64,000 bases of DNA, taken from the IMG/VR virus record IMGVR_UViG_3300020577_008610, positions 125,180 through 189,179 of that record; one strand, 5' to 3'. Under the pieces are notes generated by a model. That model searched no databases. It was not told the origin of the DNA and saw only the letters and a list, made by a program, of their open reading frames with translations. The position numbers were made by a program, and so were the translations under genes. Positions 55,819 through 64,000 of the stretch are shown in pieces. Numbering within the stretch: the first letter of the stretch is position 1; each line of letters opens with the position of its first letter. The stretch is from a virus (lineage: Duplodnaviria; Caudoviricetes).

Positions 55819-56526
55819 ATGAACAAGGCGGCCCTTCAAGAATTCATCAACGTGATCCTGGAGTCGGTTTTGGCTGAAGAGCCTGAAACTGATGACGCTC
55901 CATTTGGTCGTTATGCATTTGACAATATGAGGAAGGATGTTCCTCAGCAGAACAAGCAACAAAACACCCCTCAAGAGGAAGAAGCCCAGGAAGCCCTGAA
56001 AGACTACGTGGGTAACAATCAAAAAGAGAAACTAGCAGCCCTCGCTCCCTTGATGCTGGACCTTGTGAACAAGGGGATGTACCAGCCGGTCCTGGACGCT
56101 CATTCGGCGCAATTCGTCTATCGAATTCTTCAAGTTCCACAGGATCTTGCCACCCAACTGACAGGACAGCAAATCTCGGGACAGCAACCCGCAGGGTTGG
56201 GTAAAGGCGGAACCCTCAAACCTCACGATTCGAACGTCTCAGGGTGGACTTCAAATGTAAATCTGGTAAAGGATTTCCAGGGTATTGGAGATGGCAACAC
56301 TATGCTCCTTTTCCGAGCCCCAACCAACGGAAATAATTTTTTCGGAAAACCAGGACAGCTTGCTGTGGTGGCCGGAGAACCTCAGTTTGCTAAGGAACTG
56401 GAAACCATTGGCGTTGGTCCTATCAACTACGACCGGGTGGCTTACGTGATGCTGTACGATGACGAGCAGGGCTACTTTGACGCTCAGGAAGCTTTTGCCA
56501 AGCTGATCGAACTCATTCAGAGTTAG
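55819..56526 (+). CDS. putative R-S-E ADP-ribosyltransferase with N-terminal leader
   Basis: FVYRIL, SGWTSN...F, KELETI (R, S-x-S-like, ExE); TATTTA upstream. Confidence 0.5.
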   Translation: MNKAALQEFINVILESVLAEEPETDDAPFGRYAFDNMRKDVPQQNKQQNTPQEEEAQEALKDYVGNNQKEKLAALAPLMLDLVNKGMYQPVLDAHSAQFVYRILQVPQDLATQLTGQQISGQQPAGLGKGGTLKPHDSNVSGWTSNVNLVKDFQGIGDGNTMLLFRAPTNGNNFFGKPGQLAVVAGEPQFAKELETIGVGPINYDRVAYVMLYDDEQGYFDAQEAFAKLIELIQS

Positions 56527-56857
56527 ATTCTGAATCGTTTCGATGTGCCAATCCAAGGATGAAGTCGGGATTCACGAAGATGGTTTCCTCGTTTTCAATG
56601 CACAAATATTGGTCTCCCTTAAACCAGGACCGCAGGGTTTTTTTCTCTAGTTCCTGGCCTTCTGGCAGCTTGGACTGCATTCGTAAGACATACTTGATTT
56701 TGTCGTCTCGTGTGGCTTTCCTCACCACCAAAGCAATGGCTGGAGGAGTCTTGGGGTCATCCGGATCCATAGTGTAGATCAGGTCATGATCCTTCGGAAT
56801 GTAGTTCGGATCCTTCTGGATCGTTTGTTGAGGGATTTCTTTCTCCGTCATCTTCAT
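56513..56857 (-). CDS. hypothetical protein, paralog of adjacent ORF
   Basis: IALVVRKATRDDKI vs TALLLKRASRQDKI. Confidence 0.6.
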   Translation of the reverse strand: MKMTEKEIPQQTIQKDPNYIPKDHDLIYTMDPDDPKTPPAIALVVRKATRDDKIKYVLRMQSKLPEGQELEKKTLRSWFKGDQYLCIENEETIFVNPDFILGLAHRNDSESNSE

Positions 56858-57239
56858 CTTTTCCGTCGTTTCTGCTTTGCAGCAAAGTCATGAAGCCTTC
56901 CAACACCAAGACGATTTCTTCTTCTACAATAGCCACCCAAAGGTGCTGACGGAAGAACCCAGGTTCGGGAATTCGAGTAATACCACGTCTGCGGAACAGG
57001 TCAATCTTGTCTTGGCGGGAAGCTCTCTTCAAGAGAAGAGCCGTGTGTTCTTCTTGCTCCAACTCAGCCTTCCCGCCAAACAAGCTTCCTTTGTATCGGA
57101 TCTCTGGCAGGGTGAGCGTCACAAGATCCCCCGACCTAAAGCCGAAGGAACGTCCGAATCGAGTCTTCGCAGAGAGCGTCGATTGCTGATTCCTGCGGAG
57201 CTTTTGGAAGTGCAGTGCTTGTTTGGTATACAGAAGCAA
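56784..57239 (-). CDS. hypothetical protein (start uncertain)
   Basis: FRSGDLVTL...WVAIVEEEIVLV. Confidence 0.5.
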   Translation of the reverse strand: MLLYTKQALHFQKLRRNQQSTLSAKTRFGRSFGFRSGDLVTLTLPEIRYKGSLFGGKAELEQEEHTALLLKRASRQDKIDLFRRRGITRIPEPGFFRQHLWVAIVEEEIVLVLEGFMTLLQSRNDGKDEDDGERNPSTNDPEGSELHSEGS

Positions 57240-57354
57240 GTTCGGTCTCCTGCTTGTCAGTCCATTCTACCATCTCTTCATACGGAAGGGCACCGTTCCG
57301 GATAGCCAAAAACTCTTCCCGGTCAGGTTTAATGAGGGTGATCATGTGTGTCAC
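57136..57354 (-). pseudogene. C-terminal fragment resembling phage pol-beta-type nucleotidyltransferases
   Basis: PDREEFLAIRNGALPYEE...STALPKAP...IDALC helical tail; no catalytic N-terminal domain. Confidence 0.45.
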
Positions 57355-58139
57355 TTTCTCTTGACAAGCTCATCCCAGCGAGCCTCGATGATCCTAGCAT
57401 AGGTCTTGTTTGGAATTCCATAGTTTCCGAGGGAAAAGCCTTCGTTCATCTCAACGAGGAAGGTTCCCTCCTTGTGGTACATCATTCCAACATCAAGAGA
57501 AAATCCAGCAGGAGCCTCCTTGCCAAGAGCTGAGAGCATTTTCCGAACTGTGTGATAGTTGGGCTTCGATGAGTTGTCCCTCATTAACTGACTCCATCTA
57601 TCTGGAGTCGTATTTGGTTCGTACTCCCGAGTTCCAACGATTTCTCCGTGAAGGATGTAAATCCTCCACTCTTTAAACCATTTTACGGGCTCTTGGCATA
57701 AAACCTTGTAGTTACCTGGAAGGTTGTGAGTTTGATAGTCCTGAGAAGAAAATGGGGAGCCTTTGTTGCCATGAAAAATGTGTCCTTCAAACCCCTTCTG
57801 AATTAGGAGAGGTTTGATGAAGACAGGCTCATTCTTGTGCCGGACGGCCTGCAAGGTGCTGGTCCAAATTTCCCGTCCGGCAAATGGCTTCAAGCAGTCT
57901 GGGATATCTCGGTTTCCCGGCTGAGGAACTCCTAGAAGCTCCAGGGCTCGCCGGACGGCGTAAATGGAGCCTCGAACAGGCCGAGTTTTGGCGAGAGGAG
58001 CTTTTTCGATGTTTTCTGAAGTAAAGCCCTTAAGTTTGTATCCTAGTTTTTTGAAACCAACAGCAGCAGAGTCGCAGCCGTCACTCCACCAATCGGAGTC
58101 ATCGGAGTAACGCTTCTGAATCAAAGCCGTCCGAGTCAT
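57351..58139 (-). CDS. ATP-grasp protein (DUF4343/R2K-like)
   Basis: GREIW, PVFIKP...KGFEG, EWRIYI..GEIVG, FSLDVG...LVEMNEGFSLGNYG. Confidence 0.8.
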   Translation of the reverse strand: MTRTALIQKRYSDDSDWWSDGCDSAAVGFKKLGYKLKGFTSENIEKAPLAKTRPVRGSIYAVRRALELLGVPQPGNRDIPDCLKPFAGREIWTSTLQAVRHKNEPVFIKPLLIQKGFEGHIFHGNKGSPFSSQDYQTHNLPGNYKVLCQEPVKWFKEWRIYILHGEIVGTREYEPNTTPDRWSQLMRDNSSKPNYHTVRKMLSALGKEAPAGFSLDVGMMYHKEGTFLVEMNEGFSLGNYGIPNKTYARIIEARWDELVKRK

Positions 58140-58360
58140 GGTTTTTCGCTTTTCTTTCTTTTGTTGATCTAACGCAGAAAAGGGAGAAGTCAACCCACAA
58201 AATAACAAGAGTTCTCCTTATCCATCCTGGGTAGCAAGGAAGGTCTATTTAGTGAAGAGTACAGGGCCAAGGCATGTCAACAAACTTTCCATCAATTTGT
58301 AAGCGAGGCCATAACTTGGAAACCAGCAAAAGACGAAATGGAACCAATTAGGTGCGCTAA

Positions 58361-58831
58361 ATGAGTACGCTGTTCCCAACAACCCTCGACACCTTCCTGA
58401 ATCCAGGAACACTGACGAACCTGGATTCAACGGGATCGGATCCACGGCTTCGACACTCTACTCAACACAACAACATCAACGATGCCATGGCCTCTGTGCA
58501 GGCCAAGGTTGGTGTTGATTTTTCTTCCGTTACAGTTTCTCTAGATTACATCGCAACTCTTCTCCTGATGACGCAAACAGAGCATGGCCGGGGAGTAAGA
58601 AGGGACATTCTTGGTCAACCTTTCCCAACCAACATCATCTGGTATGCCGACATAGGAGGGACTACCAAGCTAGTTGAGAAGCAATACACCTATGATTCCA
58701 AGAAAAATATCATCAAGGTAGAGCTTTTTCTGTATGATGGCACGCCTTTCAATACTCTCAAAAGGACCATTACGGACACCAAGACTTTAAGTGGTCCTTT
58801 TGAGACCTCTCGGATCCGAACGGTTACCTAA
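58361..58831 (+). CDS. putative virion structural protein
   Basis: MSTLFPTTLD...H.NINDAM..VQAKVG N-terminus of the type seen in phage fibre/baseplate proteins; FETSRIRTVT. Confidence 0.65.
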   Translation: MSTLFPTTLDTFLNPGTLTNLDSTGSDPRLRHSTQHNNINDAMASVQAKVGVDFSSVTVSLDYIATLLLMTQTEHGRGVRRDILGQPFPTNIIWYADIGGTTKLVEKQYTYDSKKNIIKVELFLYDGTPFNTLKRTITDTKTLSGPFETSRIRTVT

Positions 58832-58880
58832 ATCGGAAATTGCAAGGAACTACTGATACTTAAACCAGTAGGAGTAGTTC

Positions 58881-59801
58881 ATGTCTTACGAAAGTCCTTC
58901 TTCGATTCTTTACGATGTTCGCGGCATTGAAATGGCCGTATCTGGCGGCATTGCTGTACCCGTAAGCACATCAGCTCTTCTCTTTGCTGGTATGACCACA
59001 ACAGGTACGGCATCGTACCTGAAAACTGAAACTGATGGTACCCTTTGGGTGACAGGCTCATTTTCAACTACATTAGCTGGCGTCACCACGGTTACTGGTA
59101 CAGTAGCCATCCAGGGACTTACTAACGTTTCTGGCGCTCTGCCGGTTTTCATCTCGGCTTCGAATACTCTAACGGTTACTGGAACGATTACGGTTGGCAA
59201 CCAGCCAACGGTTAACCAAGGCAATTCTGGTTCGTTTGCACAGTCCTGGAAGGTTGTGCTGACGGACGGTACCCAAGTTCTGGGCACTGGTTCTACGGCT
59301 CCATTTTGGATCACTGGCTCCGTAGCGGCCACAATCCCAGGTACGGTCACTGTCACTGGTTCTGTTTCGGTTCTGAATACCGTTACGGTTCAGGGTACAG
59401 TCACTTCCAACCAGGGCAACTCGGGCTCTATTGCTCAGAGCTGGTACACCACACTCACGGATGGCACCAAGACTCTTGGTACAGGCTCCTCGGCTCCTCT
59501 GTTTGTTGAAAATGCCGTACACACTGGCAGCTTGATCACGGCTGTTGCTGCAACCACCTCGGTTGTGGCTCTGGTTCCTTCTTCTTCGCAAGTTCGTCGT
59601 GGAGTTACCATCTACAACAACACGAACAAGTCGATGGCTGTGCTCTACGGTTCTGGCACGGTGAATACCACCAACAACTTCTCGATCAAGGTTGCAGCCG
59701 GTGGTTACCTGGAGGTCCCAGATGACTTCACTGGTCCTGTCTACGCAATCTGGACAGCTTCCGCTACCGGAAATGCTTTGGTCACCGAGTTCTATCCATA
59801 G
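58881..59801 (+). CDS. TGS-rich virion fibre-like protein
   Basis: T/G/S/V-rich repeats; duplicated NQGNSGS.AQSW...LTDGT..LGTGS; TACTTA + AGGAG upstream. Confidence 0.7.
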   Translation: MSYESPSSILYDVRGIEMAVSGGIAVPVSTSALLFAGMTTTGTASYLKTETDGTLWVTGSFSTTLAGVTTVTGTVAIQGLTNVSGALPVFISASNTLTVTGTITVGNQPTVNQGNSGSFAQSWKVVLTDGTQVLGTGSTAPFWITGSVAATIPGTVTVTGSVSVLNTVTVQGTVTSNQGNSGSIAQSWYTTLTDGTKTLGTGSSAPLFVENAVHTGSLITAVAATTSVVALVPSSSQVRRGVTIYNNTNKSMAVLYGSGTVNTTNNFSIKVAAGGYLEVPDDFTGPVYAIWTASATGNALVTEFYP

Positions 59802-59857
59802 GGCCTGTAAAACATCCCCTCTCTGTGCTATGCTTCTTCGTGAGGTACAGTGCAGTT

Positions 59858-60769
59858 ATGAAACTTTTCTATCAAGAACATTCACTCAAGCCAGGAATCT
59901 ACAAGATCCTCAACACCCACAGTCTCCGAACCTATGTGGGACAAGCCAAAGAGTTCAAATCTAGGTGGAGAGGCCATTGTTCCTCCCTTCTTGCTGGAAA
60001 ACACCAGAACAAGTTCATCCAAGCAGATTTCAACAAGTGTCAAGAAGAGCTTGGACATACCAATTTCTTGGAATTTCATGTCATCGAAGTCATGGAAGGA
60101 TCCAGCAAAGAAGAGCGGAACAAGCGAGAGGAAGAGCACATTGCTCTCATTTGGGAGTCCAAACTTCCAGATGGAACAAGGGTTTGCTATAACTTCAAGG
60201 AGAAGACCGAAGCAAAGGATAGGTCTTGCTTCTCAAATTCTCCTGAAGAGACTCGAAAGAAGCAATCCAAGATTCAAAAGGAGATCCATTCCAATCCTGC
60301 AAGGCGAGAAGCTGACTCTAAGAGGTTTAAGGAGATGTGGGCACAGCCTGGATATCGGGAAATTCATCTCAGTAAAGTCAACTCTCCCGAAGTGAAAGAG
60401 AAGATGAAAATTTCTCATCTTGGCAAAGTTCACACTCCAGAGCGGAGAGCTAATGAATCAAAGCGGTCTCAAAAAGTATGGGCTTCTGAGGGTTTCAGAG
60501 AAAGTCATAGTGAAGGGCTGAAAAGGATGTGGAGAGAAAGGACGGATGAGAAGAAAGCTTCTTTCTCGGCCAAGATGAGTGGGGTCAATAACCCAAATGC
60601 GAAACCACTAGCTGGCTTGAAGCTCATGGATCCAGATGGAACCATCCATACCACAATCGAATGTCTCACTTCTTTTGCTAAAGATCACGGACTGTCTCCA
60701 GGACACCTACGCAGTCTACTGCAAGGCAAGAGAAAGTCGCACAAAGGCTGGAAGTTGGCAACAACGTAG
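59858..60769 (+). CDS. GIY-YIG homing endonuclease with NUMOD-type tail
   Basis: PGIYKILN....TYVGQA..FKSRW..H, H.N..IQADFN, F.VIE, CYN; SGVNNPNAK, RKSHKGWK. Confidence 0.85.
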   Translation: MKLFYQEHSLKPGIYKILNTHSLRTYVGQAKEFKSRWRGHCSSLLAGKHQNKFIQADFNKCQEELGHTNFLEFHVIEVMEGSSKEERNKREEEHIALIWESKLPDGTRVCYNFKEKTEAKDRSCFSNSPEETRKKQSKIQKEIHSNPARREADSKRFKEMWAQPGYREIHLSKVNSPEVKEKMKISHLGKVHTPERRANESKRSQKVWASEGFRESHSEGLKRMWRERTDEKKASFSAKMSGVNNPNAKPLAGLKLMDPDGTIHTTIECLTSFAKDHGLSPGHLRSLLQGKRKSHKGWKLATT

Positions 60770-60835
60770 GCTCTGTCTTAAACTGAGAGGATGCAGGCTA
60801 ATTACCTGTACCCTTTCTGCATTTAAGGATCACTT

Positions 60836-62872
60836 ATGCCTGTATCGGACCAGACCCCAAATGTCATTATCATTGACAGCTCCGAGAATCCAATGGAAGT
60901 CTCGGGCGGCCAACCAGTTCCGAATGGAACAAAGGGGCTCCTTGCGGTTGGTATCCAGTCAAATGGTACAGCCAGCTATCTTTCTCTGGATTCTGCTGGT
61001 TTTCTTAGGATTACCGGTAGCGTCAGTCAAACAGGAGCCTATACGGTAACCGGGTCTGTCACGGTTTCAAACACCGTCGCCATTACAGGCTCGGTTGGAA
61101 TCTCAGGAGTTCCTACTGTTACTGGCTCGGTCACTGTAGCAAATCAACTAAATGTCACTGGTTCCATTGCTGTAACCAACGTTCCTGCCGTAACGGGCTC
61201 TGTGAGCGTCCTGAACACAGTTACGATCACTGCTAGGACTTTGGCTGGTTCGGGAACTTTGGCGCCTTTTACGGGCTCCCTGGTGGGTGGAAAGGATGCT
61301 TCTGGAAACTTCCAGCCCTTAGCCGTCACCACTGGTGGATTCCTATTTGTTTCCGGAAACGTATCAGCCTCCATAGTTGGCACTCCAACGGTTACAGGTT
61401 CCGTTACTGTTCCGAATACTGTCACTGTCACTGGATCTGTGGGCGTGACCAACTTCCCGGCAACACAATCGGTGACGGGAACTGTTGGCATCTCTGGAAC
61501 TCCTACGGTCACCGGATCTGTCTCGGTTCTCAATGCCGTCACTGTAACCGGTTCTGTGGCTACAACCATTGTCAATCCCACATTAGCTGGCACAGGATCC
61601 CTTTCTCCAACCACAGGATCCCTGGTGGGTGGAAAGGATGCTTCTGGAAACTTTCAGCCTTTTGCGGTTACAACTGGAGGAGTACAGTTTATTTCCGGAG
61701 CGGTTTCCGCATCCATTGTTGGTGTACCAACAGTAACCGGATCTATCACTGTTCCCAATACCGTTGCCGTAACCGGTTCTGTGGGAATTTCTGGTACGCC
61801 AACGATTACAGGTTCAATCTCAGTCCTGAACACAGTGAATGTTGCTTTTGCGGATCCGGCAGAGGGAATAACGGGCTCCATCCCTCCTTCCAGGGCTATT
61901 TTCATTGGGGGCTATGACGCTGGTTCTGTAGCAATGAGGGCTCTTTCGGTTGATGCAACCGGAAAGCTAAATGTCAATGCTACAGCCGCAGGTTCTCCAA
62001 ATGTTGGAGGAACTGGTTCGGCTGCTCCAACCTCCGCCTCTCTGGGAGGTGCCGTTGATGGCTCTGGAATCCTGAGATCTCTCCTTTCTGACAACTCAGG
62101 AAGGCAGATTGTCCAGATTTTCAACACAGCTTCCATCACTGGTTCTGTGGGTTTGTCCCAGACAGCAACCGTTACGGGTTCAATCACAGTGCCGAACACG
62201 GTTGTCATCACTGGCTCTGTCGGAATCGTTGATTCCACATTTGATGCCACAAATGGAGGCGCTGTACCTGCCAGAATTGCTATTGTGGGTGGCATCAGCG
62301 GGAGTACGGCAGTTGGAATCAGGACAAACAACTCCGGCTCTGTGGTGACTGAAAGCCAAGAAGAAAAGACCTTTGTAATTCGATCTACGAGTACAGCACT
62401 GGGCAATAATAAGTCAATGTTGTCTTTGTTAAATGCCAGCATTTCTTCCTTCATTCAACTTAAAGAAGTCTACATCATCAACGTTCAAACTTCTGCTGTG
62501 ACCGGTATTATAGCCATCTTTGAGCTTTTCAGATTCACGGGTCACAGTGCTGGCACACTTTTAACTCCACAGCCTTACGATACAGCGGATGTCATGGATG
62601 CCAATGTGACAGCAAGAACTGGCGCTACTATTACGGGAGAATCCGCCACCTCAATGGCTCGGTGGCTTTGGAGCAGTGACGAGTGGGGTCCGGGCACTCT
62701 GGATGAAGAAGGTCATGAACACACATTCCAAAACTTGCTTCCCGCTTGGGCACACCGCAGTCCAAATTCCAAAGCCATTCTATTGAGGCCAGGGCAGGGA
62801 ATTCACCTAAAGCACGTTGTGAACTCCACGGCCGGCACCTTCGACATTGTGTTTGTATTTACTCAAAGATAA
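60836..62872 (+). CDS. TGS-repeat virion fibre-like protein
   Basis: about 20 (V/I)TGS(V/I) repeats; N-terminus paralogous to 58881 gene; internal ~34-nt direct repeat near 61278 and 61619. Confidence 0.75.
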   Translation: MPVSDQTPNVIIIDSSENPMEVSGGQPVPNGTKGLLAVGIQSNGTASYLSLDSAGFLRITGSVSQTGAYTVTGSVTVSNTVAITGSVGISGVPTVTGSVTVANQLNVTGSIAVTNVPAVTGSVSVLNTVTITARTLAGSGTLAPFTGSLVGGKDASGNFQPLAVTTGGFLFVSGNVSASIVGTPTVTGSVTVPNTVTVTGSVGVTNFPATQSVTGTVGISGTPTVTGSVSVLNAVTVTGSVATTIVNPTLAGTGSLSPTTGSLVGGKDASGNFQPFAVTTGGVQFISGAVSASIVGVPTVTGSITVPNTVAVTGSVGISGTPTITGSISVLNTVNVAFADPAEGITGSIPPSRAIFIGGYDAGSVAMRALSVDATGKLNVNATAAGSPNVGGTGSAAPTSASLGGAVDGSGILRSLLSDNSGRQIVQIFNTASITGSVGLSQTATVTGSITVPNTVVITGSVGIVDSTFDATNGGAVPARIAIVGGISGSTAVGIRTNNSGSVVTESQEEKTFVIRSTSTALGNNKSMLSLLNASISSFIQLKEVYIINVQTSAVTGIIAIFELFRFTGHSAGTLLTPQPYDTADVMDANVTARTGATITGESATSMARWLWSSDEWGPGTLDEEGHEHTFQNLLPAWAHRSPNSKAILLRPGQGIHLKHVVNSTAGTFDIVFVFTQR

Positions 62873-62883
62873 GAGGAAGCAAC

Positions 62884-63894
62884 ATGCACTTCTCAATTGG
62901 TTCTGCGTTCGTCAACCTTTCCGATTTATGGCCCAATGTTAGAGACATGTGCATTTCGAAGTCTCTTAGCATGCAGTATACCAATGATGACATAGAAGTA
63001 AGCGGCGGCGCTTATACTATTTTTGCCGTAGACCCTCCTGTCATCTACTACACGACAATTTTCCGAGGAACTGTTCCAGCTGTATGCGATGTGTCTCAAA
63101 GTCAGAATGATGCTTTCAAATCTGACTTCGAAACAAATTACAGGGCTCGCTGCAACATGCCAATTGAGCAACAAGGAACCTTTAATGATCCAAGACTGAT
63201 CCGTATCCTTGGAAACCTGACAACTGGCTCCACTGCAGAAGTTTTAGTAACGCCTAGACCTTACACGGCTCCCGGGTCAGAAGCTCAACGGTCAGTCGTT
63301 TCTACCAATGTCAACGACTCCAACCCTTCTGGCACAGGAGCAAAGCAGGTTAGGATTGTCTTTCTCAACTCCAATTATATTGAGAAGACCGAGGATATAC
63401 TCTTGAACGGGACAACGCCTGTCAACACCGCTGCAACGGACATTCGATTCATTCAGGATTTCAAGGTGATCAAGGGCGCTAACCCTGTTGGAGCCATTCG
63501 ATTGATGAGTTCTACAGGCGGTGGAGGAACCGAGATTTGTGGGATTCCCGCTGCTACCAACGAAGCCTTCCTAAGCCACTACTACGTTCCCTCGGGCAGT
63601 TACACCTTTGTCAGAAGTTGGGGAGCTACAGTGGACGATGATGCTTCCGTTAAGCTTACTGGACAACAATGGATTTCCGGCAATTTGACGGATCAGATTG
63701 TAGATCTTCAGAAAATTGCAGCTCCAAATGGAGCCATTACAGTCCCAGGAATGGCAGCGTTCTCTAGAGAGATAAGGGGAGTTCGTCTTGACCCAAAAAC
63801 CTATCTTCGCATTACTTGTGTGCCTTCTCAGTCCACAAATACAACCGTAAGGGCTTTCATGGAAATTTGGACAACTATTGGTCCAACCACATAA
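62884..63894 (+). CDS. putative virion structural protein
   Basis: GAGGA RBS; S....D...GTGA..V.I..L..NY....E...LNGTTPV motif typical of phage structural proteins. Confidence 0.65.
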   Translation: MHFSIGSAFVNLSDLWPNVRDMCISKSLSMQYTNDDIEVSGGAYTIFAVDPPVIYYTTIFRGTVPAVCDVSQSQNDAFKSDFETNYRARCNMPIEQQGTFNDPRLIRILGNLTTGSTAEVLVTPRPYTAPGSEAQRSVVSTNVNDSNPSGTGAKQVRIVFLNSNYIEKTEDILLNGTTPVNTAATDIRFIQDFKVIKGANPVGAIRLMSSTGGGGTEICGIPAATNEAFLSHYYVPSGSYTFVRSWGATVDDDASVKLTGQQWISGNLTDQIVDLQKIAAPNGAITVPGMAAFSREIRGVRLDPKTYLRITCVPSQSTNTTVRAFMEIWTTIGPTT

Positions 63895-64000
63895 ACCTAT
63901 CTTGAATAGCCTAGTTAGAAGCCGGATGAAATCTACCTCTCCGAACTGCACAAGCTCCAGGAAGCTCACGTGGTGACCATTTATGAGCCAGACTCTCCTC

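Noticed and set aside
1-64000. Genome-wide UGA (code 4/25) or UAG (code 15) recoding
   Set aside because: Recognisable genes are intact in code 11, and many end at TGA with ATGA/GTGA coupling to the next gene; only the Pth2-HD gene clearly needs readthrough.
1-64000. CRISPR array, retron, DGR, rRNA
   Set aside because: No regularly spaced repeat-spacer array, no reverse transcriptase, no TR/VR pair and no rRNA sequence seen.

Overview
This 64-kb window (~50% GC) looks like part of a large (jumbo-type) bacteriophage genome read in the standard genetic code. It has densely packed short genes on both strands and no rRNA, ribosomal-protein or other cellular core operons. It carries about 23 recognisable tRNA genes plus about 9 aberrant tRNA-like genes, and host-like translation/RNA-repair genes: EF-Ts, peptide deformylase, a Pth2-HD fusion, an Rnl1-type RNA ligase and a metallophosphoesterase. 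Other genes include a sigma70-family factor, pyrF, thioredoxin, a DEDDh exonuclease, a DNA methyltransferase, a macrodomain, MoxR+VWA, amidoligase+GGCT, two peptidoglycan hydrolases, HNH and GIY-YIG endonucleases, and TGS-repeat virion proteins at the right end. Highlights: (1) an opal (UCA-anticodon) suppressor tRNA lies about 2.7 kb from an in-frame TGA at codon 8 of a peptidyl-tRNA-hydrolase/HD gene, a candidate readthrough-gated translation-rescue switch; (2) several tRNA-bodied RNAs have intact acceptor/T arms but expanded or scrambled anticodon loops; (3) a ~490-nt highly structured non-coding region sits in the tRNA cluster; (4) about 11 unrelated proteins share an N-terminal helical leader, most with an upstream TA(A/C/T)TTA motif, suggesting capsid-packaged effectors; (5) a repeat occurs at three divergent gene junctions. 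All product calls come from motif recognition by eye; no database searches were run.
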